This document shows positions 26,911 through 39,249 of a stretch of 64,000 nt of DNA, piece after piece (position 1 is the stretch's first letter; each line of letters begins with the position of its first letter). The position numbers and the translations under genes are program-made. The notes beneath the pieces were generated by a model. It was not told the origin of the DNA. It saw nothing but the letters and a program-made list of their open reading frames with translations, and did not search any database. This DNA comes from Raillietiella orientalis (Eukaryota). The stretch is from assembly GCA_036172245.1 (NCBI GenBank), contig JAYWIR010000031.1, positions 2,170,001 through 2,234,000 of the forward strand, written 5' to 3'.

Positions 26911-27177
26911 TTGCATTTATGATATAATTGCAGGAGTCCGCGCTAAACCGTTCGTGTATCGGTATCAGGACCATGGAGTAGTGGTAAAGTGCGTACTCCG
27001 TCACCACCCAGTTTGGAGCGTTGATAGCGCAAACGCCAACGTAAGTCTCGTTTTCTGGCTTCAATCCTAGACTCACCAGGCCTGCTCCAAAATTTTTGGC
27101 CCTCAGCAAGACTTCGTTGTAGCTGATCCACTGAGCTTTATTTTTGCCGTCCCTGTAACCAAGACAAGGCCCATTAT
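26911..27177 (-). CDS. ACSL: ACSL coding exon 3 (DNGPCLGYR...SMVLIPIHERFSADSCNYIINA)
   Basis: Acceptor gtttcag, donor GTAAGT; NGPCLG and WISYNEV ACSL motifs; phase 1 to 1. Confidence 0.95.
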
Positions 27178-27879
27178 CTGAAACATCATGAGACAATATG
27201 AAGATGTTTATTTACTCGATGATGGAGAATATTTCAACCAGAGGGCAAGGGCCATTAGCATATTTAATGTGCAGTTCGCTCAGAACGAGGAACTTGTTTT
27301 ATTAGGTGGCAGACAATAATCCAGGAAGAAGGCGGATGATTTAGAATGGCTATAAGTATGTGTTGGAGCGCTTTTCGTTCAGAATGAAAACAAATGGATA
27401 ATTTTTGGTCCCTCAACCACAACATGTTTACAAACTTTTTTATCACGTAGCCGCAGTATGACTGGCACGTGCGATTCATTTTTCGTGTTAGCACTTTCTT
27501 TTAGATCACTCCTTCTGTTCTTTCTTATTTCTCTTGTGAGGAATTCCTTGGCTTTCGAAGGTTTATCGAATATGGCTCGAACTTTTCCGAGTATGCCTTC
27601 GAGCTCCCCAGATCTTCAGGGACTCCAAGGACAGGCAGCAGATTACGCATGACTATTGCCAAAGCATCCTGCAGTTCTTGAAACGGGATCCCACTTCCAC
27701 TTTATTCATCCAGAAGGATGAAGAGAATTTCGAACACTCAACGTCGAAAAAAGACTCATCATTGAAAGTGGTCGTCGCGTGCTTTTCCGACGAGGATTCG
27801 AACGATTTATCTTGCAAGGAGATCGGTACAAAGATGTGTACGAGTCTGCATGCAGTTTCGAAACTAATGGAATTCACGT

Positions 27880-30400
27880 TCTGCCGTGAACAACCACCAC
27901 ACGAAAGAGGTGGAACCTTCAGAACTTGAAGGCGCCGAGACGATGGTTCGGGGAGTTCAGCTTTACGAGTGCTCCGACGAATCTGCAGGAGGCAGTTGCG
28001 GATTAGGGACGGGGCACTTGACAAAAGCAAAAGTGGCTTCCCGCCTTCCTTTTACGCGCGACCAGCTGGTCCATCGTTTCCACTTTGAGAAGTTGGCGGA
28101 TGGAGCGGGTGGGTTCGGTTTCGCCTACCTCGGAATCAGGTGTGAAAATCAGGAGCAGAAAGGGTTAGGGATTGCGACTGGCTGCACGGCTGACGTGCTC
28201 TGCCTGCTTCCCGAAGACACTGTAGGGAAGTGAGATCTCTGGGATGTCGGGATCCGGGAAAACGATGGAGGTGCTGCTAGGGGAGCTGGGCATCCTCAAG
28301 AAGCAGGTGAAGCGCGTCAGGATGGCGTGCCCGAAAGCACAGTTTTCCCTGGACGTGGGCTCGAAAGATCGGGTGGCTCACCATCCGCAAGCGCCCAGTA
28401 GCATCCTCTGTGAGTTTTCTGGTGCGTTCCACCTCACTCTTGACTTTTACTGTCCTTCGCTTCGCAGTTCTTTGTGGATAGGTTGCTGGGGAATTTCGAT
28501 CTGAGACGGTGAGCCTGAAGTGAACAACGTCAACTAAGGTGCGTTGTCACTTTGAAAGCGGGCAGTTGTAGCATTGCAAACAAACTCCACTCCGTGTTAT
28601 ACTGAGGCTGCATTTTTTTTTTTTCCTTCTCTTTTCTGAACTCAAAACAGGAGCGAAAAGACAGTGTTCCTTCCATTTGTTTTCGATGGAAGTAACGATA
28701 TCAGCAAGACTATCCATCAAGCCATTCAGTCAGCTTCTGTTTGATTGAACTTGCCAAACGTGGCATCACCGATTACAGTCTGGCGCGAAACAAAGTCTGA
28801 AAGTCTATATGATACGTACGTATCTTGGAGCGTCAAAAAAAAAGAAAAAGGAAAAAAAGAATTCAAGGATGATTATTCGTGCACCTTTTTTTTTTTTTTT
28901 TTTTTTTTTGAGAGTGCATATTTAGAACGAATATCTTGCACATTTTTCATTTTATTTTTTCAGGGAGCTTGAGAGCCAGGAAGGCAAACAAAGGAAGACG
29001 GATCTTCTTACAAATTGAGCAATTTGTTTCTTCCTTTTTATCCCTGAATTGCGAGTGGAATCCCGAAGAGCATAGGCTGTTTCAAAGAACGAAATCAACA
29101 TGCTTCAGTTACCACAGAAACCATTATACTCGGCATATTTTTTTTTTTGCACTACCGAATGCTCACGATTATGTTAATTTCTGCTCTTTATCCTCTTTTT
29201 CCTTTTTTTTTTTCTTCCTTCTTTTCCTCTCTCTCTTCTGGAAAGTTCTTTCCTTGGCGCATTCACCGCAGAGTTTCAATCATTACTCCTCGTCTTCTGT
29301 GCCCGGCGAGTGGAAGGAGGAAGGTTTTGCTTTCTCCCACGCTGAGGGATGCCCTCTCTGGATCCAAGTTCTCATATTCCCATGCATGTAGATCAACGAA
29401 ACTTCTATAAATGCAAATTTCCACAAAATGAGCTTTTCCTGGGACGGTTGGAGAGTTTATCGGTAATGATTATTACGAGTGCTCGAAATTTCCTTCTCAT
29501 TTGCTTCCGAGTTAAAACGCCATCACATTTTTTCGAATTTCGGTCCATGAAATGATGTTAAGAAAGGGAATGCAGACACAGCAAGGGGGATGTTTCCCGC
29601 ATCTACTTTGTCTGCCTCCTGTCTTCGGCTCTCGCCGCAATTCTCGAAGGTCCTCCGGTAAGAGGCGGTGAGTGAATATCCTTCAAAGTTTCCAGCTGAC
29701 GTCCCGAGGGTTCTGCACGCTGGAACGCATCACTTCTTTTCTGACGTGCTCTGCCTGCTTCCTGAAGACACTGTAGGGAGGTGAGATCTCTGGGATGTCG
29801 GGATCCGGGAAAACGATGGAGGTGCTGCTGAGGGAGCTGGGCATTCTCAAGAAGCAGGTGAAGAACGTCAGAATGGTGTGCTCGAGCTCACAGTTTTCCC
29901 TGGACGTGGGCTCGAAAGATCGGGTGGCTCACCGTCCGTAACGGGAAAACCTTCGGAAATTGCAGGAAGACTTGAAGAGAAGGGAGCTGCCAAGAAGAAG
30001 GAGGAAAATTTTCTGCAAATCAATCATTGCTGCTCACTGACGCTTCACGCGATCACGGTCTGCCCCTGGGAGAACCCAGGTGCCGTGTCGCAGTGGCAAA
30101 TGAAAGCGAAAGTATCCGGAAAGATCCACGTTTTCGAAATAAAACTGCTTCTGGGCGGAGGTCATGCACGCAACAGCGGAAGGGCGCCATCCTCATCGGC
30201 AAACAATTTTTTTCAAGATTCTTGCTTGCGAATCCGGTCCCGTGTAAGACATCCCGGGCATTCGACACGCCCTTTTCCAGGAGGGGATTTTCGCTTCTGT
30301 TTTCCGCCGAGCGAAGCTGGGAGAACCTGCCCTGTGATCACGCAAGCTGCTTGCCTCACTGCGCTGGTGGTACATCGCCCACACCTAAGCCTCGTGAAAG
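27880..30400 (+). mobile_element. Two pieces of a decayed LINE 3' region sharing a 201-bp duplication
   Basis: LVHRFHFEKLADGAGGFGFAYL (GGLG motif) near 28080; HGLPLGEPRCRV..ESES..FWAEV (finger-like) near 30060-30160. The intervening 28400..29740 is unrelated. Confidence 0.35.
28190..29941 (+). repeat. Direct repeat, 201 bp x2 (28190..28390 and 29741..29941)
   Basis: Ungapped, roughly 92% identical by eye. Confidence 0.95.
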
Positions 30401-30764
30401 CCCACCGAAGAAGCGAAGTACCCCCTCCTCTTTCACAGAGCACAATGACCAAGTTGAGTGCTCGACGAAAAGAAATCGTGTTGAAGAACAGAATCAGACA
30501 AAAAAAAAAAACAGTCGTTCCTGCATCCATCGAAGATGACAAAGAGAAACGATGGAAATTCTTGTGGTGATGGATGTCCTTCTAGATTCTTCTGTTTTCG
30601 CTGCTTTCCTTCCAGATTTCTCTCTCTCTCTTTTTTTGGTTCGCTAAGTACCGCCTCCTTTGGGAGGAGGGGGACTCACAGAGCTCTTGAAACACCACTC
30701 ACGCTACCCGGGAGTGCGTGACTCTTCAGTTAGGGAAGCAATCACGTAGGGACCATCCTTTGAA

Positions 30765-31362
30765 TCCAGGAAGGGATCCGGAGGAAGGAGTCCGTTCCTC
30801 TTACGCCTGGTAGCGAACCGTAGCCCTGGTTCTCCAGGAAGGGAACCTCTCCCTTGTTCTCTCAGGAGGGATCTCCCCGTAGGGAAGGCTACTCTTCATT
30901 TCTTCCCCGGAGGGAACCCGCAAAGGAGCCGCTCCTTGTTGGTGCTCCTCGGAAGGGAACCCAAAAGGGACTCTTCCCAATTTCTCTGAAGGGCGCCCCC
31001 TAAAAGAGCAGCGCGCTTATACTCTGGAGAGGTAACCCCCTGAGGGAACGGAGGGTGCTAACCAGCTCCACGCTACTCGATAGACTGCTCTCTCTTCACA
31101 ACCGGAGATGAATCCCGAAGGGAACCGGCTTCCAGATTCCTGTAAGGACCCCTGAGGGTCGACTGGTCCCTCAACGGGGGTTTCGAGCTTTCACCAGTGC
31201 CTCCGCACGGAATCTTACAGGCCAACCAGGGGGCTGAGGGACTCGAAACCCACGATGCACCCCACATTTCTCGGCGGTGATCCTCCGCTTGGGGATTCGA
31301 ACCCGCAACGCTTGGCGCCAAGCGCGGCGACCGCTGTAGCCACACGGCCGCCAACGCGGACC
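30765..31362 (-). mobile_element. tRNA-derived SINE, copy 2 (most complete, ~600 bp)
   Basis: Head has A-box-like CGGCCGTGTGG, hairpin CGCTTGG-CG-CCAAGCG and B-box GGTTCGAATCC (31303..31293). The distal half is made of ~40-bp diverged tandem units. Confidence 0.8.
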
Positions 31363-34300
31363 GTGCGGCTACTGAGTGAAAGTTCCTCGGTTCTCGGAGT
31401 TATGAGATCTTCATTATGTAATTACCAGGGATAGGTCTATTGTTTCTTATAGTTAACTAATGCACTATAGAAGAAACGGACTCGGTTGAGGACACCCCTC
31501 GGCACTCCAAAAAAAATCAATGAGCATTGCCTTTCGATGTATCCGTAAGCTCCCAGAGTGCTCAGCAATCCGCTGGGAGAAGCAGAGGAACAGATAGACG
31601 ATTGAAAGGCCAGAGGAGTTTCTTGCCAGCTGGCGAACAGCGTTCCGAGTTGGCGTTAGGATGATGCACCTGAATGGGAACGCGTTCTGGAGTTTGGAAG
31701 TGACATTTGGGAAACTTGGTTGCCGAAAAGGTGCATCTGCAAGGCAGACATCACTATTACGCGCCCTGCAGATGCAAGGAATTCACATAGGCGCGGGACT
31801 GTTGCAAAAGCGACGCTTGCTGAGCGTACGATCCGCGAGCATTCACGGGAGTTTGTATCCCTGAAACGGCGGTGGCGTTCGTCATGTTGAAAATGATGGC
31901 GCGTCAACTCCTCTTGCTCCCAACGCAAACAGAATTCAACTCGTTATTAATTTGAGGTTCTCATTCGACTCCACGAGCCGGGATTAAGGCTGCTCATCCC
32001 GAATACAGTCTTGCGTATTCCCTGGAACAGGCGCATCATCATCGTCATCATCATCAACCGAAAACAGACACGCTGCGTTCAAGGAGACGAAAGACGTGCT
32101 CCCGATTTCTCGTTTTGCTGATGGTTTGCATTTCGGAATCGTCCGTGAATCGCCATCGAAGCAAATAATTTCACATCGCCGTAGGATCGCGGCCTCGAAG
32201 TGCTTTCCTCCGCGATGGGCCGTCTTGATGGTTTCCTTTCTTCCTTTGCTAAATGGCATCAGGAATTGTTTTACCCTCAGCTAGTTGGGGTGCCATAAAG
32301 CGGAGCTCAGGAAGAGTGAGGGCAAGGCGCAAGACACGTCACACAATAAACTAAGAGTAAGAGTAGCCTAGTTATTTGAGTTGAGTTCGAGAAGAAAATA
32401 TTTCGAATACGTAGGGTACGGGTCAGGGTGAAGCTTGCGGTAATCTGTGTAGACGCTTTTAATCACTTCATGCCTTTCAGAATTGTGTTTCTCTCTCTCT
32501 CTCTTTTTTTTTTTTTTTCTATGAAAAATCCACTTCCTTCCTTAGAAAATAAGGTCTGCGCAGAATAAAAGCTGTTTGGATTCCCAAACCAAAAACAATG
32601 ATTGAATTCCGAGGTGGCTCTCGAAAAGTACTGCTGAAATTGGGATCACAGACTTAAGATGAGGTACTCTGTTTCAGAGCCTTTGTCATCTCATCAATAG
32701 AGAACCTGAGAGATTAAAAAATGGATTCAGCCAGAAATGCTGCAATGGCTCTTTGACTGTAACAGATCTCTAAGATGTACCGCGATCATTTTGCTAAAGA
32801 TAGGAAAAAAACAAAATACGTGTAGATATGGCTACCATAGAGATGTCCAGCAGCTCCAGTTGTACCTTTTTCACGACGACGATTGTTCCAAAGCCGTTGC
32901 AAAAGTGGTAGTTCATCGTGACTAACAGCAAGGTCAAGTCTTAATTAACCAACAGATCTGAGATCCCGGGTCTCAGCAAAGCATCTGGAAGGGGGAATCC
33001 ATTTCGGAACTGGATGATTTCATTCTTGCAGTTGAAACCATGCCTTGTGCCAGATCCTCCTCACCTGCTCCCAGATTTCGGAGTTTACGCAGCACATAAT
33101 AACAAGGAAGATCAGAGAGTGGAGGACGGAAGAGCATTCTTGCATCTCTATAGAAAGCAACCAGCTTTTGCTGCCAAAGTCTCGAAGTGCTCAGAGTTTG
33201 CGTATAATGATGAGACCATACCAAACAGGAAAAGTGCCATAGCTATATTCTGAGATGCCCCCCTCAGTCTAAAGCAGTGACATACGTTTGCATATGTACT
33301 CAATGGAGGATCCTTGGTAGCCATCTTATGTGTTTCCGGGAAGCGACATTTTGCACGTCTTCGAAACCAAAGTTTACTGGCAGATGTTTTGCTTTCCTCA
33401 AAGTTGGAGGGAGTGATGAAAAATGATGGCCGTTTGTAGTTATGTATAATCTCGAAAAAGATAGCTCACGATGCAATATAGAAGATAGTACGATTTCAAA
33501 AAATATATGCAATGCACTCGTATGTTTGGTAATACACATGCCCACCAAATATCAGCTGAGCGCAAGCCGAAAGCAAAGCAGGAAGGAATCCTCCTCCGTC
33601 ATTCCTCATTTCTTGACCCTCTTTTTTTTTTTTTAAAGATGCGGTGAGATCAGTTACCTTTCTCCTCCATCTCTCCCTTTTCACCTCAAGTGCTCAGTGC
33701 TTCCGGAATGTGTTTGAAGACTGCTCAAACACGAATGGAAGAACGAATCATACCAATGAGAATATTTTTTTGTGCATGTGCAACCCTTGAGGGTCTGCAT
33801 GGTTATCAAAATTGATTTCCATTTCCTCTTTTCCAGCTTCCGTTCCTAGATGGTGGGATTTTCGCTCGAAAGCTTTCTTTTCGAATTGAGGCATGCCATG
33901 CTCCATTATGCAAGGAAATCTAATGATTCACGGAAAGAAAAAAAAAAAAAGCATCCGTCAGCATAATACTGCTTTAATAATATTCAGTTCTGATATGGTT
34001 ACTTTCGAGTGCCTGAAACTCAAGAGTTTGGGGAATCGCCATTCATTTGAGGTCGCCTGAATACATCAGATGAATGGCATTACATTCATCATGCTCTTTT
34101 GTGAAATATGGTATTACACTCCTCCCAATTGCGTGACGCTGTAAGTATTCTCAGATGTTGTATGCAAAGAAGAAAATACATGTGTACTGTGGGAATGGTT
34201 TATCTGTACCGTCTACCTACCGCCTCCATTCATAAGAGCTGACTCGACTGCGTCGTCACTTGCCCGAGTCAGAGGCCCTCATTTGGAGAAAGCCATCCCT

Positions 34301-34480
34301 GGATGAGGGATGTTTTAGCTCTTTCTTCCGGAATCACAAGTGAATTTAAGAGGATTGCACGCGCCTCCCACCCTAAATGCACGCGCAAGCGTTCATTTCA
34401 CGATCTCGTCTTTATTCCAAGGCTTCCCATTCACAAAGCTGTAAGGACTTTCGCCCCTGAGGATAACTTGGGATCCCTAC

Positions 34481-34604
34481 CTGACAGATTTGCTCCTTTT
34501 TTCATCGTTTCTAACAACGTCGAGACATCGTCATGGATGCATTGCAAAAAGTTTCCTGATTTTGTCCCCGGAAACAATCGGGAATATCTGGATGGACTGG
34601 GACC
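34481..34604 (-). CDS. ACSL: ACSL coding exon 2 (GPSPSRYSRLFPGTKSGNFLQCIHDDVSTLLETMKKGANLS)
   Basis: Acceptor ctgctttttag and donor CAG|GTAGGG. 124 nt, phase 0 to 1, joins exon 3 as S-D-NGPCLG. DDVSTLLETMKKG matches ACSL1 DDVTTLYEGFQRG. Absent from the supplied ORF track. Confidence 0.9.
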
Positions 34605-35149
34605 CTAAAAAGCAGTTGGTTCAAACTTAAACTGTATTGAGGGCATTGCTGGTGGAGGGTCTTGTTTTGCTTATTTAAAGTACCATTCATCTTCTGGATT
34701 CGACGTTTACTCGGGGCGAACAGTAGATTTGTGATGTAGGCGTGGGAAATGAGAAACTTGTCACAGAGTTATCCTTAAGGATAACACGAGTCACTCCGAA
34801 ATGCTCACTAATAAACCCCGAACCATTCATTTTGTTCTCTCTCTTTCTCTCTCCCTCCCCGGAAACGTAGTTTCACTGAAGGCCGAGGCATTCAAACTCT
34901 TTCGGAGATTCAGAGCGATGCTCAGAATCATCCTGCAATGCAAACGATCTAAAAATAGGATGATGCTCCCAATCAAGTACTGATGCTCGCAAAAGAATGT
35001 GGTTCTTTGTCAGTTTCCCCACTCCGCGGACGTTATCCGTTTTCCGATATCAGCGCAGTTTTGGAGCGAGACCTTTGCTTGCGTCAGCGGAAACGGAACG
35101 GGCTTTTCAAGGTGGCCGGAAATGGCAAGCACCTCCAGAGTTGGTAGCA

Positions 35150-35950
35150 CCTTACTCATCGACTCGAAGCCCTGCTTTTAGATTCGCTTTTCGTCCTATC
35201 CATCAGCCGCCCTCCCGTTCGATGGCACCAGCCACGAGAATGGTTCGGGAGGGGTGCTTTGCTCTGAAGGCGGCCATGTTGCTCGCTGTATGCAGAAAGG
35301 GGGGGACGGTTTCCTTCGATTTCGAGCGTCGGCGGCTCCTTCCCGATACGGCGGGAGACAGGGCGACCCCTGCCTCCCATGGTACCCTGGAGCATTGACG
35401 AGAGTCGGCATAGAATGCGGCGCTTGCTTTCGCGTTTCGGAGCGGCCCGGCATGTTCGTCCACGATAGGCAGAGCTTCCATTCGATCGGGAAAAGCAGCT
35501 TCCTGAGCTCCTTAATCCTACGGACATGGATAGATATGCGATAAGCCTTCGGCGTGTTTGGAAGGCAGGTTGGCACCAGTCCACCAGGAAAATGCTCTGC
35601 TGAGCCTCGATGCTGGTAATGGCTTACCGACAATGCCTATGAGAGAGGGAAATGTGCAGGATGTTTCCCTGTTCGCAAGGGAACCTGTCGGGTTCAGTTC
35701 CAAGAACCGAGCAGTCATCGAGAAAGCATCCTGTTTCATACCTTTCTGTAGTTCTGGGATCCTTTGGAACAAATTTACGTGTTTCCCATTAGGGAGACGC
35801 GGAGAGGAAAGTCTATCCCGTTCGCTGCTGGCTGCAAAAACAGCCAATGATGTGAGACAATGCATCTGTGAGTCTGTGGCGACCAGGGACCACTCAGACA
35901 TGCTGCACGGAAGAAGGCGGTAGTTGACGATCACTATGAGCATGCAGAAC
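35150..35950 (-). mobile_element. Decayed L1-clade reverse transcriptase fragment in ACSL intron 1
   Basis: NPTGSLANRETS..LIGIV (QxGFxxGR region), LLVDWCQPAF (DxxKAFD-like) and RQGSP/LSPAV with a 1-nt frameshift (QGxPLSP). Confidence 0.55.
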
Positions 35951-38039
35951 TTTGTTTGTCAGCCGGTCGAATGGTGTTGCATAGGTCGAGCTTCCCCCCT
36001 GTGCATCTGTTTCCTGTAATTACGGGATGCATCTATCTCCTGTACCTGCAGGTAGCAAGAGAGAACGCTTCTGCATCACTCGCACGTGAAATCATTGAAA
36101 TCGCAAGTACCACCGACGGTTGTAGTGACGAGGTCGGATTTAAGGTTTCAGAAGTTACTACTGTTTCACAGAATCTCAAGAAAATCTCCTTCAAGTCCGT
36201 CTACGGCCAAGGTTTTTCTTAATGCTTTCTCTCTCTCTCTCTCTCGTGATATGTTTGCACACTCATGCTCTCCCTTGACTGGACTTTGAATGCCATGTAC
36301 ATGTGTTGGAGCAGTGTACTTGGACATATTCAACCGTCACCAAACATATCTACGGAAGTCGAACTTGATATCAATGTCATATTTCCTTCCACTTGTAACC
36401 TTCGTCATCAGTATGGGAATGGGTGGTTTTTCATAGACTTTCCAGACGCCGTGCTCTATCCCTGCCTCGCACGGATGCAACCGCACTCTCACCATTTCCA
36501 GAGCAACAACTGAGCAACCACGAAAAAAAATGTCAGTGAGTGATATGGGAAAAGAGCACGGTTGGGGGTGCGGACTCGATCGCGCACTTTGGGCTGGAAA
36601 ATTCCCGAAGACCGAACTGCTGCTGCACGAATTTCACTCATTCCACTTCCACTTTGCTGAATCGATTCGCTCGTCTTTGCATCTTTGCATTTCGATCTTG
36701 GAATTCCCTGCTTGAAACCGAATCGTCGCATGCCATTAAGTTCGCGAAAATTAATTGGACTCAAAAAACAATTATACTTTGAAATCAAAACGAGTGGTAA
36801 AATCAGCAGGTGAGCCAAGTACCGTGTTCAACTATTAAGCAAGCTTTTTTTTATGTGAGTTCATTGAGGATTTTCCATGATTTAGATAGACATGGAAAAT
36901 ACTGATCCTCACATTTAATCAATCAGGTATTGCAATCCTGCAAACCTAATCAGTGCTTCCCTCTCTAAAATTACACATGGAAACTGATGCCCCAGGGTCT
37001 TCGTAGTACTTGAATGCCAGTGGACGTGTGCCGGCCTTCGTAATGTACGTATCCTGTTTTTTTTTTTTTTTTTTTTAAACAAACATTTCAGCATGCCGAG
37101 AAACATTGGTGATTTTACGCTGTAACGCCCCTGGTCTTCTCTAAATCAGAGTTCCACTATCTAAATCGGTACGGTTCTGCTGAGATTGATATCAAAACCA
37201 TTCTGGAACGAACTTTATTTGCTTCACTCCGCCTTCGAGGAAGTAAGAAAACAAAATAAAATCATTTTCCCGTGAGAAACACATCATAAAAAGCGGCGGA
37301 CGTTGAGGGGAAGCTTACGATTTTCCCTATCGGACGTTTCCACATTATTTAGCGATTGGGATGTGCATTTTGATAAAAGGAAATCTCCTGGGGCGGAAAA
37401 CGAGAAGTCCGACCGATGAATCCGCTACCTATTTTTCGAGCAATTTACGAGATCGAAATTTTTACATTCTTCGAAAGGTCATTTTGACGGAAGCACCACC
37501 GCTGACTTCGTTGCCGTTTCGAATCGGAGCACGTCCTATGCACAAAGGTCATCTCGAGAAATTACCAAGCAACACCTTGCAGAAGGAAAATGGATCCCGG
37601 AAGATTCGCAGTGGGTGCCCATTTTCAGGGAATCCGGCGATCGCGAACGGATCCACTCAAGCGGATGCATGAGCCTCATCCAAATCATTTTCCGAGGGAA
37701 GCATCCTCCTCATCATCCCCCTCTTACTTTGTTCATTTGCTTACGAGAATGAACGTAAGGTATTGGGCGTCGATCTATTTTTTTATTCCACCTCTGCCTC
37801 CATCTCAATTGGATGACGCATTCGTTCAACATGGAGAAAAAAAAAAAAAAAAAAAAAACGACTCGGTAAACTGATTTGTTCTCATTGAATGTTTTTGTAC
37901 GACAACGAAGTTTCATTGATATCCATATGCCCTCATTATTTCCTCCTATCATTTTTCTTGTGCCTTTTACACGATCACATCCTTTTGCTTCAGCGCGATC
38001 AGCTAAAATGCTGTTGATAAAACATATTCCTGGTCCATT

Positions 38040-38700
38040 CTCATCCTCTTCCAAAGACGGCAGAGGTGCGCTGAGAAATACAGCAAGCGGTTTGGCTGCT
38101 TCCGAGTTTGCGTCTTCCACGTCGGTCGCAGGAGAACGTCCAAAACCCGTCGGGTGCTTTAGCAGAAGCTTCCTGGAACCGCAGGAATTTCAGCAGGGCG
38201 GGGATCCCATTCAGGATACCCCAACACTGGATTCCCAAGAAGGGACAATGGATTCCTGCATTGAATCCTCCGTTCCCTGGGTGTACTTGAAGCATTTCGA
38301 ACTCCTCGCTTCTTCGCCCGTCTGCTGACGGTCAACTTTACAGTGCGCTCCCAGTTTTGAGGTGTCCACAAGACAAAAGAAAACGCCGCACCCCATCAGT
38401 CCCATACACCAAATGGAAAACAAATTTGGAAGGCACGCTTCTGCATGTTTTCGGGGAATTTCCGGATTAAGAGAATAAATAAGTTTGGAGGAGGAGGCGG
38501 AGCAACCGGTTTCCAGCTTTGCAAAGGGCCTTGTCCCAAGAAAGAGAAGAGCACGGATGGGGAACACCGTGGGGTCCACTGAAGGGGGGGAACGGCAACC
38601 CTGCCATGCTGATCAATCTCTCGCGACGCCTGTGGCTCGCATCGTGGAAGATGCCCTCACCCCTACGGTCTCGATTTAAAGAGCTGCACGAGCATGGAGC
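38040..38700 (-). mobile_element. Possible decayed L1-clade RT C-terminal fragment
   Basis: Weak ordered remnants: GVR.., LISMAGLPFP, CSASSSKLIYS, LMGCGVFF..QNWERTVK. Confidence 0.35.
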
Positions 38701-38808
38701 AGCCGCGAAGGCAGGAAAAGACGTTCGAAGCATTCACTCTCTCTAGCAAACAACCGCTCCAAAAGCCTCGTCATTTTCCGCAAGCTGTTTCGTTCAGCTG
38801 GAACTTAC

Positions 38809-38880
38809 CTTAATGAGCTCCGATTGCTTGTGGACATCGATTGGGTACTCGGTGACATAATCACGTGAAGAGGTACACAT
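38809..38880 (-). CDS. ACSL: ACSL coding exon 1 (MCTSSRDYVTEYPIDVHKQSELIK); 5' boundary uncertain
   Basis: Strong donor AAG|GTAAGT, phase 0. PIDVHKQS resembles the ACSL N-terminal PxDLxxQS motif. The frame stays open ~33 codons upstream of the ATG, so the exon could start earlier. Confidence 0.72.
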
Positions 38881-39249
38881 CACGAACCGGAAAACGGAAG
38901 AAACGGCAGCACTTCTTAGGTTCCGTATTTCTTTTATGTGGACAGCAATTTGTCTACACGTGCTTTCCAGGTTTCTATCTTACTCAGATATTAAAGCATT
39001 GGGAGTGTGCTCACGCGCAGTGAAAGTTGGAACGAATTCCGGTACTTAAAAATAGGATATCTTGTTATTTTGGAAGGACGGAAAAGAAGAAGAAGATGAA
39101 GAAGAAAAAATGTCACACAAATCTTTGATATTTTCCTAAAGGAAAATTTGGAAACTCTCGATTTTTCAACTGCAGTGGTGCTTTCTTTGGGTGGTTCGTA
39201 TCCGTTCCGCCGTTTTTCCAGCTTCCAGCTCGACTTTGCCTGTCGTGCG

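Larger units (their letters stand above)
676..38880 (-). other. ACSL: Gene span of long-chain-fatty-acid--CoA ligase (ACSL1/5/6-like), 12 coding exons, ~677 aa
   Basis: Exon lengths 72+124+267+200+201+221+151+192+87+144+174+201 = 2034 nt (678 codons including stop). All introns GT..AG with matching phases; motif order is colinear with ACSL1. Start codon and 5' UTR are uncertain. Confidence 0.93.

Noticed and set aside
30830..31050. CRISPR-like periodic repeats
   Set aside because: Diverged adjacent tandem units without unique spacers, no cas genes, and a eukaryotic context.
31285..31362. Functional tRNA gene
   Set aside because: No complete cloverleaf or poly-T terminator; it continues into a dispersed repeat body, so it is called a SINE head.
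32973..33224. LVAFYRDARMLF as an ACSL exon, or YVLRKLRNLG as a CR1/L2 RT remnant
   Set aside because: No suitable splice sites for the first reading; only one weak motif supports the second.
35628..35840. Donor TCG|GTAAGC as a candidate ACSL exon 2
   Set aside because: The peptide fits an RT remnant better; 34481..34604 matches ACSL motifs and phases much better.
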